Positions 40,082-49,845 are shown, counted from the stretch's first letter. The stretch is 64,000 bases of DNA from an uncultured Christensenellaceae bacterium (GCA_963931165.1 OZ006985.1:744532-808531), one strand, 5' to 3'. Made by a program: numbers and translations. The notes: generated by a model not told the origin, from the sequence alone.

Positions 40082-40206
40082 GTTGCCAAAGGCAACATTT
40101 CACGCTTGCGCGATGCGCAAGCATTTCACGCGGCGGTCAAACGGCCGCCGTATTTCATGTTTGCGCGACAGCGCAGACATTTCACCGCCGGGGCAGCTTG
40201 CCCGGC
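40082..40206. repeat. Array of five short hairpins separated by ATTTCAC
   Basis: ATTTCA(C/T) at 40097, 40123, 40152 and 40179, each flanked by different GC-rich stem-loops. Confidence 0.75.
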
Positions 40207-40346
40207 TTGCGCGGTCTGTTTTTGGGCTTGGGTTGAGGCATAATAATAAGGAAAACGAATAGTCTATACCAAAAAGAACCGATTTGATAAACGCAATCGC
40301 GGAGTATCCGGCGAGAGATTTTCGAAGATATTGCGCCAACGTATAT

Positions 40347-40470
40347 AAAAAGAAAAGCGGTCAGTAACGACCGCTTGCGACCGATCACGGCCGCTCCGCC
40401 CTAGAATATATAGGGCAGGCGTATTGAGCACACAGCAAACCATATCAACGGTCAGGCGGCTCACTTGCAA
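40347..40470 (-). ncRNA. Candidate orphan small RNA (about 120 nt)
   Basis: Minus-strand TTGACT(40504-40499)-17bp-TATAAT(40481-40476); terminator AAGCGGTC...GACCGCTT plus U-run. Confidence 0.5.
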
Positions 40471-40828
40471 TGGTGATTATAATGCAATGTTAGAGATAAG
40501 TCAAGCAAAACAACGAAAATTTTACAACTGGACGACTTTGGCAATTGTATTCTTTTCTTCTTGGAAAGTCAAGCCTTACATAACATGGTACAGTTGAACA
40601 AGATTCGCAAAACGGATCTATTCGGGAAAATTGGTGGAGACAACTCGCCTTACAGCGATTGCCGATAGGGGACGACGAGGCACATATCCGCATTGAACGA
40701 CTGCTTAAATAGTAACGCTGTTCAAGCGAAACAACGAAGTTTGAATGCCGCGCCGCAAAGCGAGCGCGGAACAGAAAAAGCCTGTCGCGGATTGCAAAGC
40801 AATACGCATAACAGGGGGACGATTCCCC

Positions 40829-40858
40829 AAAAAAATACCGAGTCAAAAGACCCGGTAT
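40829..40858 (-). terminator. Displaced original terminator of tRNA-Glu
   Basis: Minus strand TCACCA followed by ATACCGGGTC-TTTT-GACTCGGTAT-TTTTTT; the G-U pair fits minus-strand transcription. Confidence 0.7.
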
Positions 40859-41207
40859 GGTGAACTGTCTTTCGAGATGTCCGAACACGTATTTGGCGGC
40901 GATTCGGCAATGGATTTATCTCCAATATCATCTGTTTTCGGCGGCATCCGATTGAGATAGTTGTAGTAAATCTCAAAACGGTCGATGGCGTACACAAGTA
41001 CGATATCCCACGGCACGGCTTTTTCACAATCGGCAAGCATCTGCTGAAATGCAGGGCGATGGTCGTTCGTGCCTGTCATGGCTCTGTCGATATAGGTATC
41101 TAAAATCGTCAAACCGTTCGCCTCCGCATACTGATTGCAGATTCGGAGCTGTCCTTCGATGGACTGCTCGTTTTGTTTTTCACTGCTGTAACGTGCGTAG
41201 ATAACTG
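40843..41207 (-). pseudogene. Large serine recombinase remnant: split by insertion and internally deleted
   Basis: IYARYSS...QSIEGQ...DRAMTG...AIDRF joined directly to C-terminal EIYYNY...SSP; first codons displaced to 53183-53197. Confidence 0.85.
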
Positions 41208-41530
41208 TCACATATTTTTATGGACACTTTTTATCAAGTATTGCTACACCGCCAAATTCAATTTTTCGTTTCAAAAGGGTTTTGCCGGGTAGAATCACAA
41301 AAATAGACAGTCTAAAAAATACAATAAGCAGTCTGGATTTAACGAAAAACGGCCTCTGAAGTTCAGAGGTCGTTTCGATTTATTATTCATAACATAAGGA
41401 TGTCTAGAATTTGACTATTGTAAGAAACCAGCTTATCGTGAATCCCAAGTTCCAGGACATAATTCAAAAGTACTGAAATTTAATTTAATTAAAAAACTTA
41501 CACACTTCTCCTGAAACTGCCATATACATA

Positions 41531-44401
41531 TTACATAATATATTCAAACGACACTAAATCGCTGCCCATGTCTCCTTGCTTTAAGAGTTTACACACCATC
41601 CTTGAATATTTAATTGTTACAGGCAATTTTGAATAAATCACATCAGAGCTATTGAAATCCATTTTTGTTAAATACATAAGATCGTCAATTGCTTCATTTG
41701 CAGATATATTTCCGTAATATTTTTTAATTTTTAACGGTTTACCCATACCACGGGGGTTATTTCTATATGTTTGACCTTGGCAAATTTCTGAATTAACAAT
41801 TGAGCCATCAGACCAAACATAAATAGTATCCTTTGCCGCTTTAATCGCGGTTCCTCTTTTTACAGGATAACCCAAACAACCATATTTACCAAATTTGTAA
41901 CTATTAAAGAAAGAAAAGTCAGATATTTGAATTAAATCAAAATCATCTATACCCTCAAAAGCTTTTTTGAAACCAGCAATTTCTTCTTTTCGAAATGGAT
42001 TGGCTCTGTGAATAACTATTCGCTTTAGCTCATTTATTTTTGAGGTTTTATAATATGTTTGTCTAATTTTAATTCCCAGTTGATATGCTTCTTCTTCGGA
42101 AAGATATTGATTTTTTCTATGTTTATCGGATACTTGCGAGATGATTAATTGCATACCGCGTCCAGCACCATCAAACATTTGGCTGCACCCTACATGGATT
42201 CCATCAGAATTAATTCCAAAACTTATACCCAAAAACAGTGTATCTTTTGAATATTTCTCGGGATACCAAGGCATTCCTATAGTTTTTGTATATATTCCTA
42301 TCGCTAAATTAAATAATTTTTTATTTATATTGTCAGCCGAATTAAGTGTAGTTTCCTCGATAAATTGCGTTTTATACTTATTCATACAATGCAGTTTGAT
42401 ATAATCATGTAAATCTTTCTCGCCAGCCACTCGAAATCTTTGCAAATTATTGCCAATGAAAATCAATGCAATATCAATTTGTTTGTCATTATACATTTTT
42501 TGAATTCCACGTAAACACATTTCTGCAAATTTCGTGAAATCAACTTTGTTGTTTGCGGCGAGTTTATTGGCATAAAAAATAGGTATAGCATCATAAATCA
42601 GGTCTATTTCTTTTTTAAATATTGAATTGAAACCCTTATATTTCGGAATTAAATTTGTGCCCGATATATTCGTTCCGTTTAGAAATTGATTCAAAAAATA
42701 TTCTAACTTTGATTTGTCTTCTTCCGCACAAAAAACACCAACACGAATTTTATTTGTAGAAAACAATGTTTTACGCGGTCCGCTTTCCGTTATAATTTTA
42801 ATTTGATTTACGCTTTTGAAATTTTCTCCTACCATAATTGGTTCGGCAGTACAATTATATTTATCAAACGTAACGCAGTCAGTGCGATACCCAAATGGCT
42901 TATTATTAAATATAATTTCAGTAATATCATAATTAAATGAAAATATTCCCCTAAAGAATTTTTGTATAAGTTCATTCAGCTTATGGTAATTCTTTTGTGC
43001 ATGCAAGTAAGATTTTATGTTATTAATCTTATGTTTAATTGAATCCGACAGAACTTTCTCAGTAGAAAAGTAGTTAACATTTACAAATAAACAAATCTCT
43101 CCACTAAAGAAATCGACACGAACATTAAGCCCCTCTTTAATGGCTTCTCGAGAATTTATATAAATATTATCTTTGTACACTTCAAAACCGTCTTTTAGCG
43201 CCTTTATTTTTATAAATTCTTTTATCAGTTTACATTTCTTTTTTAGCGATATGGACTGTTCACACAAATTAACTATTTTAACTGCCTCAACGGTACAATT
43301 TAACTTTTTGAAGAGCGATTCTTTGTCCCCGACCGCATATAAATATTCGCCATGTTGCAAAATAAACGTTTCATCTTTAATGTCGTTTATCTCCTTTAAT
43401 GTTGAAGAGTCCAATGAATATTTTATCTTATAAACATTGGGATAATTTTGCAACGGATAGCAATTAAACATTAATTTTTCCGGTTGATTTTGTACCATTA
43501 GCGCAAAATTTTCATACTGAATATTTTTTTTAATGTTTTCTATTATGTCATTTTTCTTTCCATAGCAATTATACAGCTGTAAAAACAGATCGTCAAATCC
43601 GTTAATTATATAATAGCCCGATTGAGAATTAAAGCCCATCAATTCATTAATCGCATCATTTTTCGTTTGAGTATTGTCCACGATACACCAAACTAATTCC
43701 GTTTGTTTATGACTTGACAAATATTTTTTTAAACACTCCATTACGGATTGATCTTGTCCGGAATATCCAATTACCACAATTTTAGATGTATTAAGAGATT
43801 GAATTGCAGAAAAAATTTTATGAGATAGATTTTTTAATTCAGTTTCGGTGTTTTTAATCTGATCATAAATATAATCTCCATGCAATTTAATTAAATTTAA
43901 TTTTGTAGTTAAATTTGGACAAAGCGAGTCAGAACTTACAGAAAAGTCATACCCATCATTTATTTTATACAAGGCTTTTTCACATAACTTATCAAAATTT
44001 GTGGTCAATACACAATGTATTTGATGTTCAATTAAGTAATTAGCAAAACAAAGATACCCGTAAGATGGCTTTATTGCTTCAAATTTTTCTTTTATAAATA
44101 GACATCTTTCGTTTACAGAAGGAAAACACTTTTCAAAATAATAAGAATATGGATTAACGCCTTGCGGTAGTTGCTCCGTTTTTAAGAACTCAACAAAATT
44201 ATCGTCATTTATGAATAGATTATCGTCATAATGAATATTGTTTTGCGCACAATATATGCGCTTTCTAAATTCCAAAATCAACTTACTTGCGGGCATGCAT
44301 CCAGATAAAACAGAACAGCCTGCCCCAAGTAAAAATGTTACTTCTGAACCATTCAGTAAATTCAAACTGTTAATCAATTGATCTTGTGTGTTATATTTCA
44401 T
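41531..44401 (-). CDS. Single-chain SIR2-APAZ-short Argonaute fusion (SPARSA-like)
   Basis: SIR2 motifs LGAGCS, TTNFD, KLHGD, GYSG; MID HDYIK...TQFI; PIWI with degenerate tetrad (GISF, IHRA) and TKMDFN...KLPVTIKYS. Confidence 0.9.
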   Translation of the reverse strand: MKYNTQDQLINSLNLLNGSEVTFLLGAGCSVLSGCMPASKLILEFRKRIYCAQNNIHYDDNLFINDDNFVEFLKTEQLPQGVNPYSYYFEKCFPSVNERCLFIKEKFEAIKPSYGYLCFANYLIEHQIHCVLTTNFDKLCEKALYKINDGYDFSVSSDSLCPNLTTKLNLIKLHGDYIYDQIKNTETELKNLSHKIFSAIQSLNTSKIVVIGYSGQDQSVMECLKKYLSSHKQTELVWCIVDNTQTKNDAINELMGFNSQSGYYIINGFDDLFLQLYNCYGKKNDIIENIKKNIQYENFALMVQNQPEKLMFNCYPLQNYPNVYKIKYSLDSSTLKEINDIKDETFILQHGEYLYAVGDKESLFKKLNCTVEAVKIVNLCEQSISLKKKCKLIKEFIKIKALKDGFEVYKDNIYINSREAIKEGLNVRVDFFSGEICLFVNVNYFSTEKVLSDSIKHKINNIKSYLHAQKNYHKLNELIQKFFRGIFSFNYDITEIIFNNKPFGYRTDCVTFDKYNCTAEPIMVGENFKSVNQIKIITESGPRKTLFSTNKIRVGVFCAEEDKSKLEYFLNQFLNGTNISGTNLIPKYKGFNSIFKKEIDLIYDAIPIFYANKLAANNKVDFTKFAEMCLRGIQKMYNDKQIDIALIFIGNNLQRFRVAGEKDLHDYIKLHCMNKYKTQFIEETTLNSADNINKKLFNLAIGIYTKTIGMPWYPEKYSKDTLFLGISFGINSDGIHVGCSQMFDGAGRGMQLIISQVSDKHRKNQYLSEEEAYQLGIKIRQTYYKTSKINELKRIVIHRANPFRKEEIAGFKKAFEGIDDFDLIQISDFSFFNSYKFGKYGCLGYPVKRGTAIKAAKDTIYVWSDGSIVNSEICQGQTYRNNPRGMGKPLKIKKYYGNISANEAIDDLMYLTKMDFNSSDVIYSKLPVTIKYSRMVCKLLKQGDMGSDLVSFEYIM

Positions 44402-44419
44402 TATTAATTTCTCCGCAGA

Positions 44420-46384
44420 TTAAATTCTATCTATAATCTTTTGTTGGTACCACGCATTAGGCGCAATGTTGGATTGATACGCTTGATTAAATATTTGGTA
44501 CAACTGAGCATATGTTATTTGTTTTTGCATAATTGTTTTCAATTCCTTTGTTTGGCAAGGAATTATTTTCATTCCATCAATATGTTTTGTTCCATCTATG
44601 GAATAATAGGGTATATTTTTCCTGCCCCTAAAATCTGCAATAACATTAACGTGCAGATAGGTTGTCGCAAACAAACAATAAGCATGTTCATCGGCGTGGG
44701 ATAAGAGGTAGTCTCCTAAATGTCTCGAAACGGGCTCCATCTCCATACGGCGTTGATTTGTACTGCTTGCAAGTGTTGCTTCCAGAAGAAGGGTATGGGC
44801 AGGATAGTCTTCCGTCGCTTCGTATTTATAGGTAATGTCTTCATGTCCGCCCGCGGCATGGGTTACAGGCAGCAGATCCGCATCAAGCGATAAATTCATG
44901 TAGTCAAGGATTTTTCCTTGTCTTCCGGAAATCTTATACCATGCGATAGCCAGCACGTACTCAAAGATAGTAGGGACATCTGCATTGTTCGTAACCAGGG
45001 TTTGAATGTCACTATCACGCCTATCTTCAAAAGCGGACAAGAGAAAGATAATGTTTTCGTCCGTAAATCTGCGGTCAATCATCGCATTGAATCGTTCATA
45101 GCGTTCTCTATCGACAAAAGCTTGTACGTCATACAAGTTACGAACTTGAACGCCATATATTTCTTCAACCTTAGCAAATATCTGATTTTCGGTTATCTGC
45201 GTCCCGACAATCGATTCCAAAGAGCTGTTTCCCATCAGATTGTCATCTGAAGTATATGCTAAAGCTGCAAGGCTTTCTTCGGCAATTTTGAAGAAACAAT
45301 TCGGGATTATATCAAACTTGACTTTACCGTCTTGGAACAATACGGTATCTGTCGTTTTGAAGTACCGTCTGTTAAGGTCAAAATAATCCGATAGAGTGCT
45401 CTTTGCCTTAAATAAATGCAGAAGCTTAAAAAATTCGGTTTTGAACTCCGTTTCGTCTGCACAGTTAAAAATATGAGCGTGTCTATTTATAGTGGCAAAG
45501 CCGTCTCTATTGACTTTGCTTGTCAAAGTTGCATTAAACAGATACTGTTTCCAAAGAATTGAACTCTTGCCGCTGACTGATTTTACCGCTTTGAATAAAT
45601 TTATTGCAGCCGTATCAGAACGAGTGAGGATGACATCCTGTAATGTCTTATACAACTTAAAATACGGCTTGTCATAATTGCGGCTCTTGCGATTCATACC
45701 GACTTCTGTAATGACATCTTCAGTAACATTGCTCGCAAGCAGTATATCAAGCGCTTCCTTATAATTCGGCATATCCATAAGGATATTGATTATCGTTTCA
45801 TCGATAGTGCCATTGCCGTTACGAATCTTTTCAATGCTGTCAAATATATCTCGGGTTTTTGCCTCGTTGATTGCGAGCGGCAAAAGGTATGTAACCTCAT
45901 CAAACGACAACTCACCCAAACGATTGAGGGCCATGATCAGGATAACATAAGGCCGTACATAGCCGCTATTGATAGGCGAATGTACTTTAAGAAGCTGGTT
46001 CAGATACAGAAAACTATCCGCCGGAATTTGAAGCAGGTTATTAGTATTGAAGTTACCGGTTAATGCTATCTGCAATAATGCGGTGCCAGCATCTGTGAGC
46101 CTGCGCTCATCGTTGATAAGGCCGAGATCTACAAGTCCGGACGTTTTTTCTCTTGCGTCTTTTGCTTTTCGTGGAGCTTCGCCTTCAATGAAGCCGTTTT
46201 CCTTAAGAAAATCGTAATACGCAATCTGCACCGGTTCATTCTCAGACCACCGCTGATTTGAAAAAGCAGGATTAGCCCAAAAATCGCTCAAAAGTTCAAG
46301 CTGCCTTTCAATCTTTCTATTAAACTCAACCATTCGGAAGCTTGTAGTTCCAAGCGACCAACAATAGCTTTTATATGCAGGCAC
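44420..46384 (-). CDS. AlwI-family type IIS restriction endonuclease
   Basis: N-terminal WSLGTTSFR, EYVLAIAW, LLEATL and EMEPVSRHL motifs recalled for this family; adjacent dual methylase. Confidence 0.85.
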   Translation of the reverse strand: MPAYKSYCWSLGTTSFRMVEFNRKIERQLELLSDFWANPAFSNQRWSENEPVQIAYYDFLKENGFIEGEAPRKAKDAREKTSGLVDLGLINDERRLTDAGTALLQIALTGNFNTNNLLQIPADSFLYLNQLLKVHSPINSGYVRPYVILIMALNRLGELSFDEVTYLLPLAINEAKTRDIFDSIEKIRNGNGTIDETIINILMDMPNYKEALDILLASNVTEDVITEVGMNRKSRNYDKPYFKLYKTLQDVILTRSDTAAINLFKAVKSVSGKSSILWKQYLFNATLTSKVNRDGFATINRHAHIFNCADETEFKTEFFKLLHLFKAKSTLSDYFDLNRRYFKTTDTVLFQDGKVKFDIIPNCFFKIAEESLAALAYTSDDNLMGNSSLESIVGTQITENQIFAKVEEIYGVQVRNLYDVQAFVDRERYERFNAMIDRRFTDENIIFLLSAFEDRRDSDIQTLVTNNADVPTIFEYVLAIAWYKISGRQGKILDYMNLSLDADLLPVTHAAGGHEDITYKYEATEDYPAHTLLLEATLASSTNQRRMEMEPVSRHLGDYLLSHADEHAYCLFATTYLHVNVIADFRGRKNIPYYSIDGTKHIDGMKIIPCQTKELKTIMQKQITYAQLYQIFNQAYQSNIAPNAWYQQKIIDRI

Positions 46385-46403
46385 TTCTATTTCCTCCGTA
46401 TCA

Positions 46404-48545
46404 TCAATAGTTCACGATCAGCACTTCCTCTGCCTTGGAAGTTTTATCTTTTGTCTGATAATTTGAATTCGCGTAGTTATAATCTAGGTAAATCACGCGA
46501 TAACGGTCAATATTCCTATCAATCCAATCGAGAAGTATCTTATTCTCTTTCCCCTTGGAATGAAGTACATTGGACAGTGCAAAGCGTATTCCTCGTTCAT
46601 TCAGATTATCAAGATAGGTAAGCAGTTCTTTTTCAAGCATTTCGTTCCAGCCGTCCTGCTCGTTATACGTAGCGCAAGTGATCAGATAGGGCGGATCGGC
46701 ATAGACAAAGGTATTCTCATTCCAATCGTCAGTCAGAAGTTCTCTGAAATCATGGCTTGCAAAACTATAATCGCCGCTCTTTAATCGGTCGATAAAGGTC
46801 GATAACTTCTCACGCATCTTTTTGTTGAAGTCGCGCTTTCCGACAGGGAGATTAAATTCACCCTTGCGATTGAAACGGATTTGGTTATTAAAGGCGTAGA
46901 CAATCAAGACATACAGCGTAACATAATAGTTATACTCTAAATTGGTATGATGATTAAAATCATCTCTTAATTTAAGATAGCGAGAACTATTATATGAGGC
47001 AAGTCCTTCCGCGCTATTGCAACCGTAAAAATCATACCCGTACTTTTCCGTGTTGGAAAGGCCGTACTTTTCTATAATCGCGTCGATCGTTTCAAAAGTT
47101 ACTTGCTTGTCGAGATTTTTAAATGTCCCAAACATATACCGAAGAAGCTCGTTATTGTCATTAAAAATAACGCGATTGCAAGGAACATTGATGCCGACAT
47201 TCCCGCCGCCGCAAAATAAATCGACAAACCTATCTATATCCTGCGGGAAATGGGGCAATATCTGGGGCAGGAGCTTGTATTTTCCTCCCGTATAATTGAG
47301 AGGGGATTGAATAAGCTCTTTTTGCTTGGAATCATAGCACTCACAAAGGAATAAACGCTCTTCATTCCCTGTAATGTTTGATTTCCCGGCACTGAACGCC
47401 CTGTAGCTTTCCGAAAAGACCTTTACGCGCCCCTTTCGTGATAAAATACGCATAATATCTGCGTCACTGATTTTGGCATTGGAACGGTCATTACCTTTTG
47501 TCGCCATATTATTGTACGACAACAGAATATATTTTGCCTTAATATGCGAAACAAGATCTTCAAACGCCTGCGCTGCGCTTGAAGTACAATAATCACTCTT
47601 GAGTTTTGAACGATCCATCTTTAAGGCAACACCCGATACCTTTGGCTTTTCCCACCTTGCAACGTTTTCCAGAAGATGGTATGAATCGCAGTATTGTCTT
47701 GAATTATACGGCGGATCGATATACACCAGATCAGCCTCTATACGTTTAACCAATTCGTTAGCATCTTCATTGTAGCATTGATTGTTTTCGTTATTATCAT
47801 TGCTTGCCAAGGGGACAGCTAATTCAATATGACGGCAGAATTCAGCATTGCGTATATAGGCGTCGTAATGGCCGCAGGTGTTTGCAATTTTATCCATTGC
47901 GTAGAGTAGCGAAGTGATCAGAATCGCACGTTCTCTGGCATTAATCTGATTACTTTTGTATTTGCTTTCTATATCCTCTCTGATAAAACCAATCTTACGG
48001 CAATCCGCAGCAGAAAAAAACGTATCGGAAAAATTTTCCGACATATAATTCTCTTCGTTTGGTTGCACGGTGTTATAGAAGCAAACCAAGTCAATTATCT
48101 TTTCCTTATCATATTTTTGCGCACCGAACCATGCAACGTGACAAATGTAATTAAAGTAGAGCAAGTCATTTGTAATCAGTTTTTTGTCTGAAAAAGCAGA
48201 CGCAACAGAACCCGTCCCCGCAAAAATATCGGCGACAGTATTGATTGCACTGCATTCTCTATTTACCGTAGACTTAATAAAATCCAGCAGTTTGTACTTG
48301 TTCCCGAGATAACGCCTATTATTGATTTGGGTGGTCTTGTAGGAGGGTTCCGAAGCTACAGCATTATCTTCCGGTGCGTCTTTTAGTAATATTTTGAGTT
48401 GCGCAATCGAGTCCTCATCCCAGACATAGCGCCCAGTAGAAGTAGTTGGTAATTCTATCAAATGATGTTTTAGCAGATAATAGAAAGTAGATCTGCTGAC
48501 ATTCAACTCTTTCAAAATCTCATTAGAAGATAATGCAGACGGCAT
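46404..48545 (-). CDS. Two-domain N6-adenine DNA methyltransferase with N-terminal HTH
   Basis: Two sets of motif I (DIFAGTG, DLFCGGG) and DPPY; N-terminal HTH-like ILKELNVSRSTFYYLL; AAGGAG SD before ATG 48545. Confidence 0.92.
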   Translation of the reverse strand: MPSALSSNEILKELNVSRSTFYYLLKHHLIELPTTSTGRYVWDEDSIAQLKILLKDAPEDNAVASEPSYKTTQINNRRYLGNKYKLLDFIKSTVNRECSAINTVADIFAGTGSVASAFSDKKLITNDLLYFNYICHVAWFGAQKYDKEKIIDLVCFYNTVQPNEENYMSENFSDTFFSAADCRKIGFIREDIESKYKSNQINARERAILITSLLYAMDKIANTCGHYDAYIRNAEFCRHIELAVPLASNDNNENNQCYNEDANELVKRIEADLVYIDPPYNSRQYCDSYHLLENVARWEKPKVSGVALKMDRSKLKSDYCTSSAAQAFEDLVSHIKAKYILLSYNNMATKGNDRSNAKISDADIMRILSRKGRVKVFSESYRAFSAGKSNITGNEERLFLCECYDSKQKELIQSPLNYTGGKYKLLPQILPHFPQDIDRFVDLFCGGGNVGINVPCNRVIFNDNNELLRYMFGTFKNLDKQVTFETIDAIIEKYGLSNTEKYGYDFYGCNSAEGLASYNSSRYLKLRDDFNHHTNLEYNYYVTLYVLIVYAFNNQIRFNRKGEFNLPVGKRDFNKKMREKLSTFIDRLKSGDYSFASHDFRELLTDDWNENTFVYADPPYLITCATYNEQDGWNEMLEKELLTYLDNLNERGIRFALSNVLHSKGKENKILLDWIDRNIDRYRVIYLDYNYANSNYQTKDKTSKAEEVLIVNY

Positions 48546-48587
48546 AGAACTTCTCCTTATGCAACTTACTCGCATTGCTTTTTAGAC

Positions 48588-48616
48588 ATTATACCATATA
48601 TCTTGTGTTTTTTCAA
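48588..48616 (-). promoter_or_regulatory. Promoter of the MTase-REase-SIR2/Ago operon
   Basis: TTGAAA-17bp-TGGTATAAT on the minus strand. Confidence 0.75.
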
Positions 48617-49218
48617 GAGAATATAGCCTATTAAAGATAAAAATGGATGCTAATCATTCATCGCATCTTAAACAATAGTGGTAGATCCAAAATAACCATG
48701 AAAACATAATTTGGCACCATGACGTGTGCTTGGCATAGACAAGTGCGCCGCGCTGACGCGCGCCGCAGCCAAGCACACGCCGCGAAACGGCAACAAGAAC
48801 AACGCGGAAAACCAAACCGAAAGGCGCGGCGGAGCGGAGCCGTCCCCGCTAAACCGCTTGGGGATCGGCTGCCGCTTTTCCGCCGTGCGATCCTTTCTCT
48901 TCATTGGTTTTGCCGTTCCGTTTACCTCTTTAATTTTGCCTCTTTCGGCAGGTTTAGGTTAGCATAGTCCTCACGCAAGTCAACGGTCGCAAAATCGTCG
49001 CTTAAAACACCCATTATAGACTTTGAGAGTCGAGTAAGGGAAAGTTCCTTGCTCGGATCTTTTGTCGTTTATAAGCCGTTCTGCGCCCTCAACGCAACGA
49101 TTTTTCTTTGTCCCGTTGACTTCCGCAAGCCGACAGAGAATTTGCTCTCTTTTTATCGTCCCATGCTGCCCCGCCTGTTGCCCGAAAAAGGCAAATCCAA
49201 TTCAAGAGGTGAAAGAAA

Positions 49219-49845
49219 ATGGAACAAAAGAAAGTAACAAGAGATTTCAAAGTCCTTGCGGAAAAAATATCTCCGGACAATGTAGCGGTAATGGCGGAAC
49301 TTATTGCAATGAAAGAGACCAAAATACTCATAAGCTATCTGGGGCACCATGCGGAGAAGGCGCATAAAAACCTTTGCCGGGACATTTTCGGCAAACACGA
49401 GTCCGGATATATCTTTTCGGACAGTTACGACTTCGTCCAAAGCGTGGCGTTATTCTTATGTGACCACTTCGGAGAGTATTTGGACGACGTCCTGTATATC
49501 TCCAAAAGAGGCAAACCGAGAACGATAAAGACGGAGTGTTATCTTATCGTCACCAAAATGGTATCAAGGGATTACAGAATTTTCCGTAAATGCCAAAGCC
49601 TTGAAATTACAAGAGAAGAACCGAAACCCGAATATGGACATCAGGCAGACGAAGAACAGGACTATTCACGCGCAGATGAGATCGCGGCTTCCCTTAACCT
49701 TACGAAAAACATGAGCCTTGCGCTCGATTACCGCATGTCCGGTTTGAGCTATCCCGAAATAGCGAAACAGCTTTCCAGAGCGGTAAGCACGGTATACGAA
49801 TACTTCGAGAAAATGCGCGCAAGGTATTCCGCCATATACGGATAG
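49219..49845 (+). CDS. Sigma-70 region 4/LuxR-like HTH protein
   Basis: C-terminal GLSYPEIAKQLSRAVSTVYEY HTH; GAGG SD. Confidence 0.7.
   Translation: MEQKKVTRDFKVLAEKISPDNVAVMAELIAMKETKILISYLGHHAEKAHKNLCRDIFGKHESGYIFSDSYDFVQSVALFLCDHFGEYLDDVLYISKRGKPRTIKTECYLIVTKMVSRDYRIFRKCQSLEITREEPKPEYGHQADEEQDYSRADEIAASLNLTKNMSLALDYRMSGLSYPEIAKQLSRAVSTVYEYFEKMRARYSAIYG

Noticed and set aside
40082-40206. Possible CRISPR array
   Set aside because: The constant part is only 6-7 nt, the variable parts are palindromes rather than spacers, and no cas genes are nearby. Kept as a repeat finding instead.
40843-41211. Intact small resolvase starting at GTG 41211
   Set aside because: The GTG is supplied by the inserted element and has no SD. 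The true start codons are at 53197, and the body is internally deleted.
41531-44401. Catalytically active long Argonaute
   Set aside because: PIWI aspartate positions read GISF and IHRA, and there is no room for a PAZ-containing long architecture after the SIR2 domain.
48668-49200. Short ORFs between the MTase promoter and the HTH gene
   Set aside because: No SDs or recognisable motifs, and they overlap each other on both strands. More likely a regulatory or origin region.
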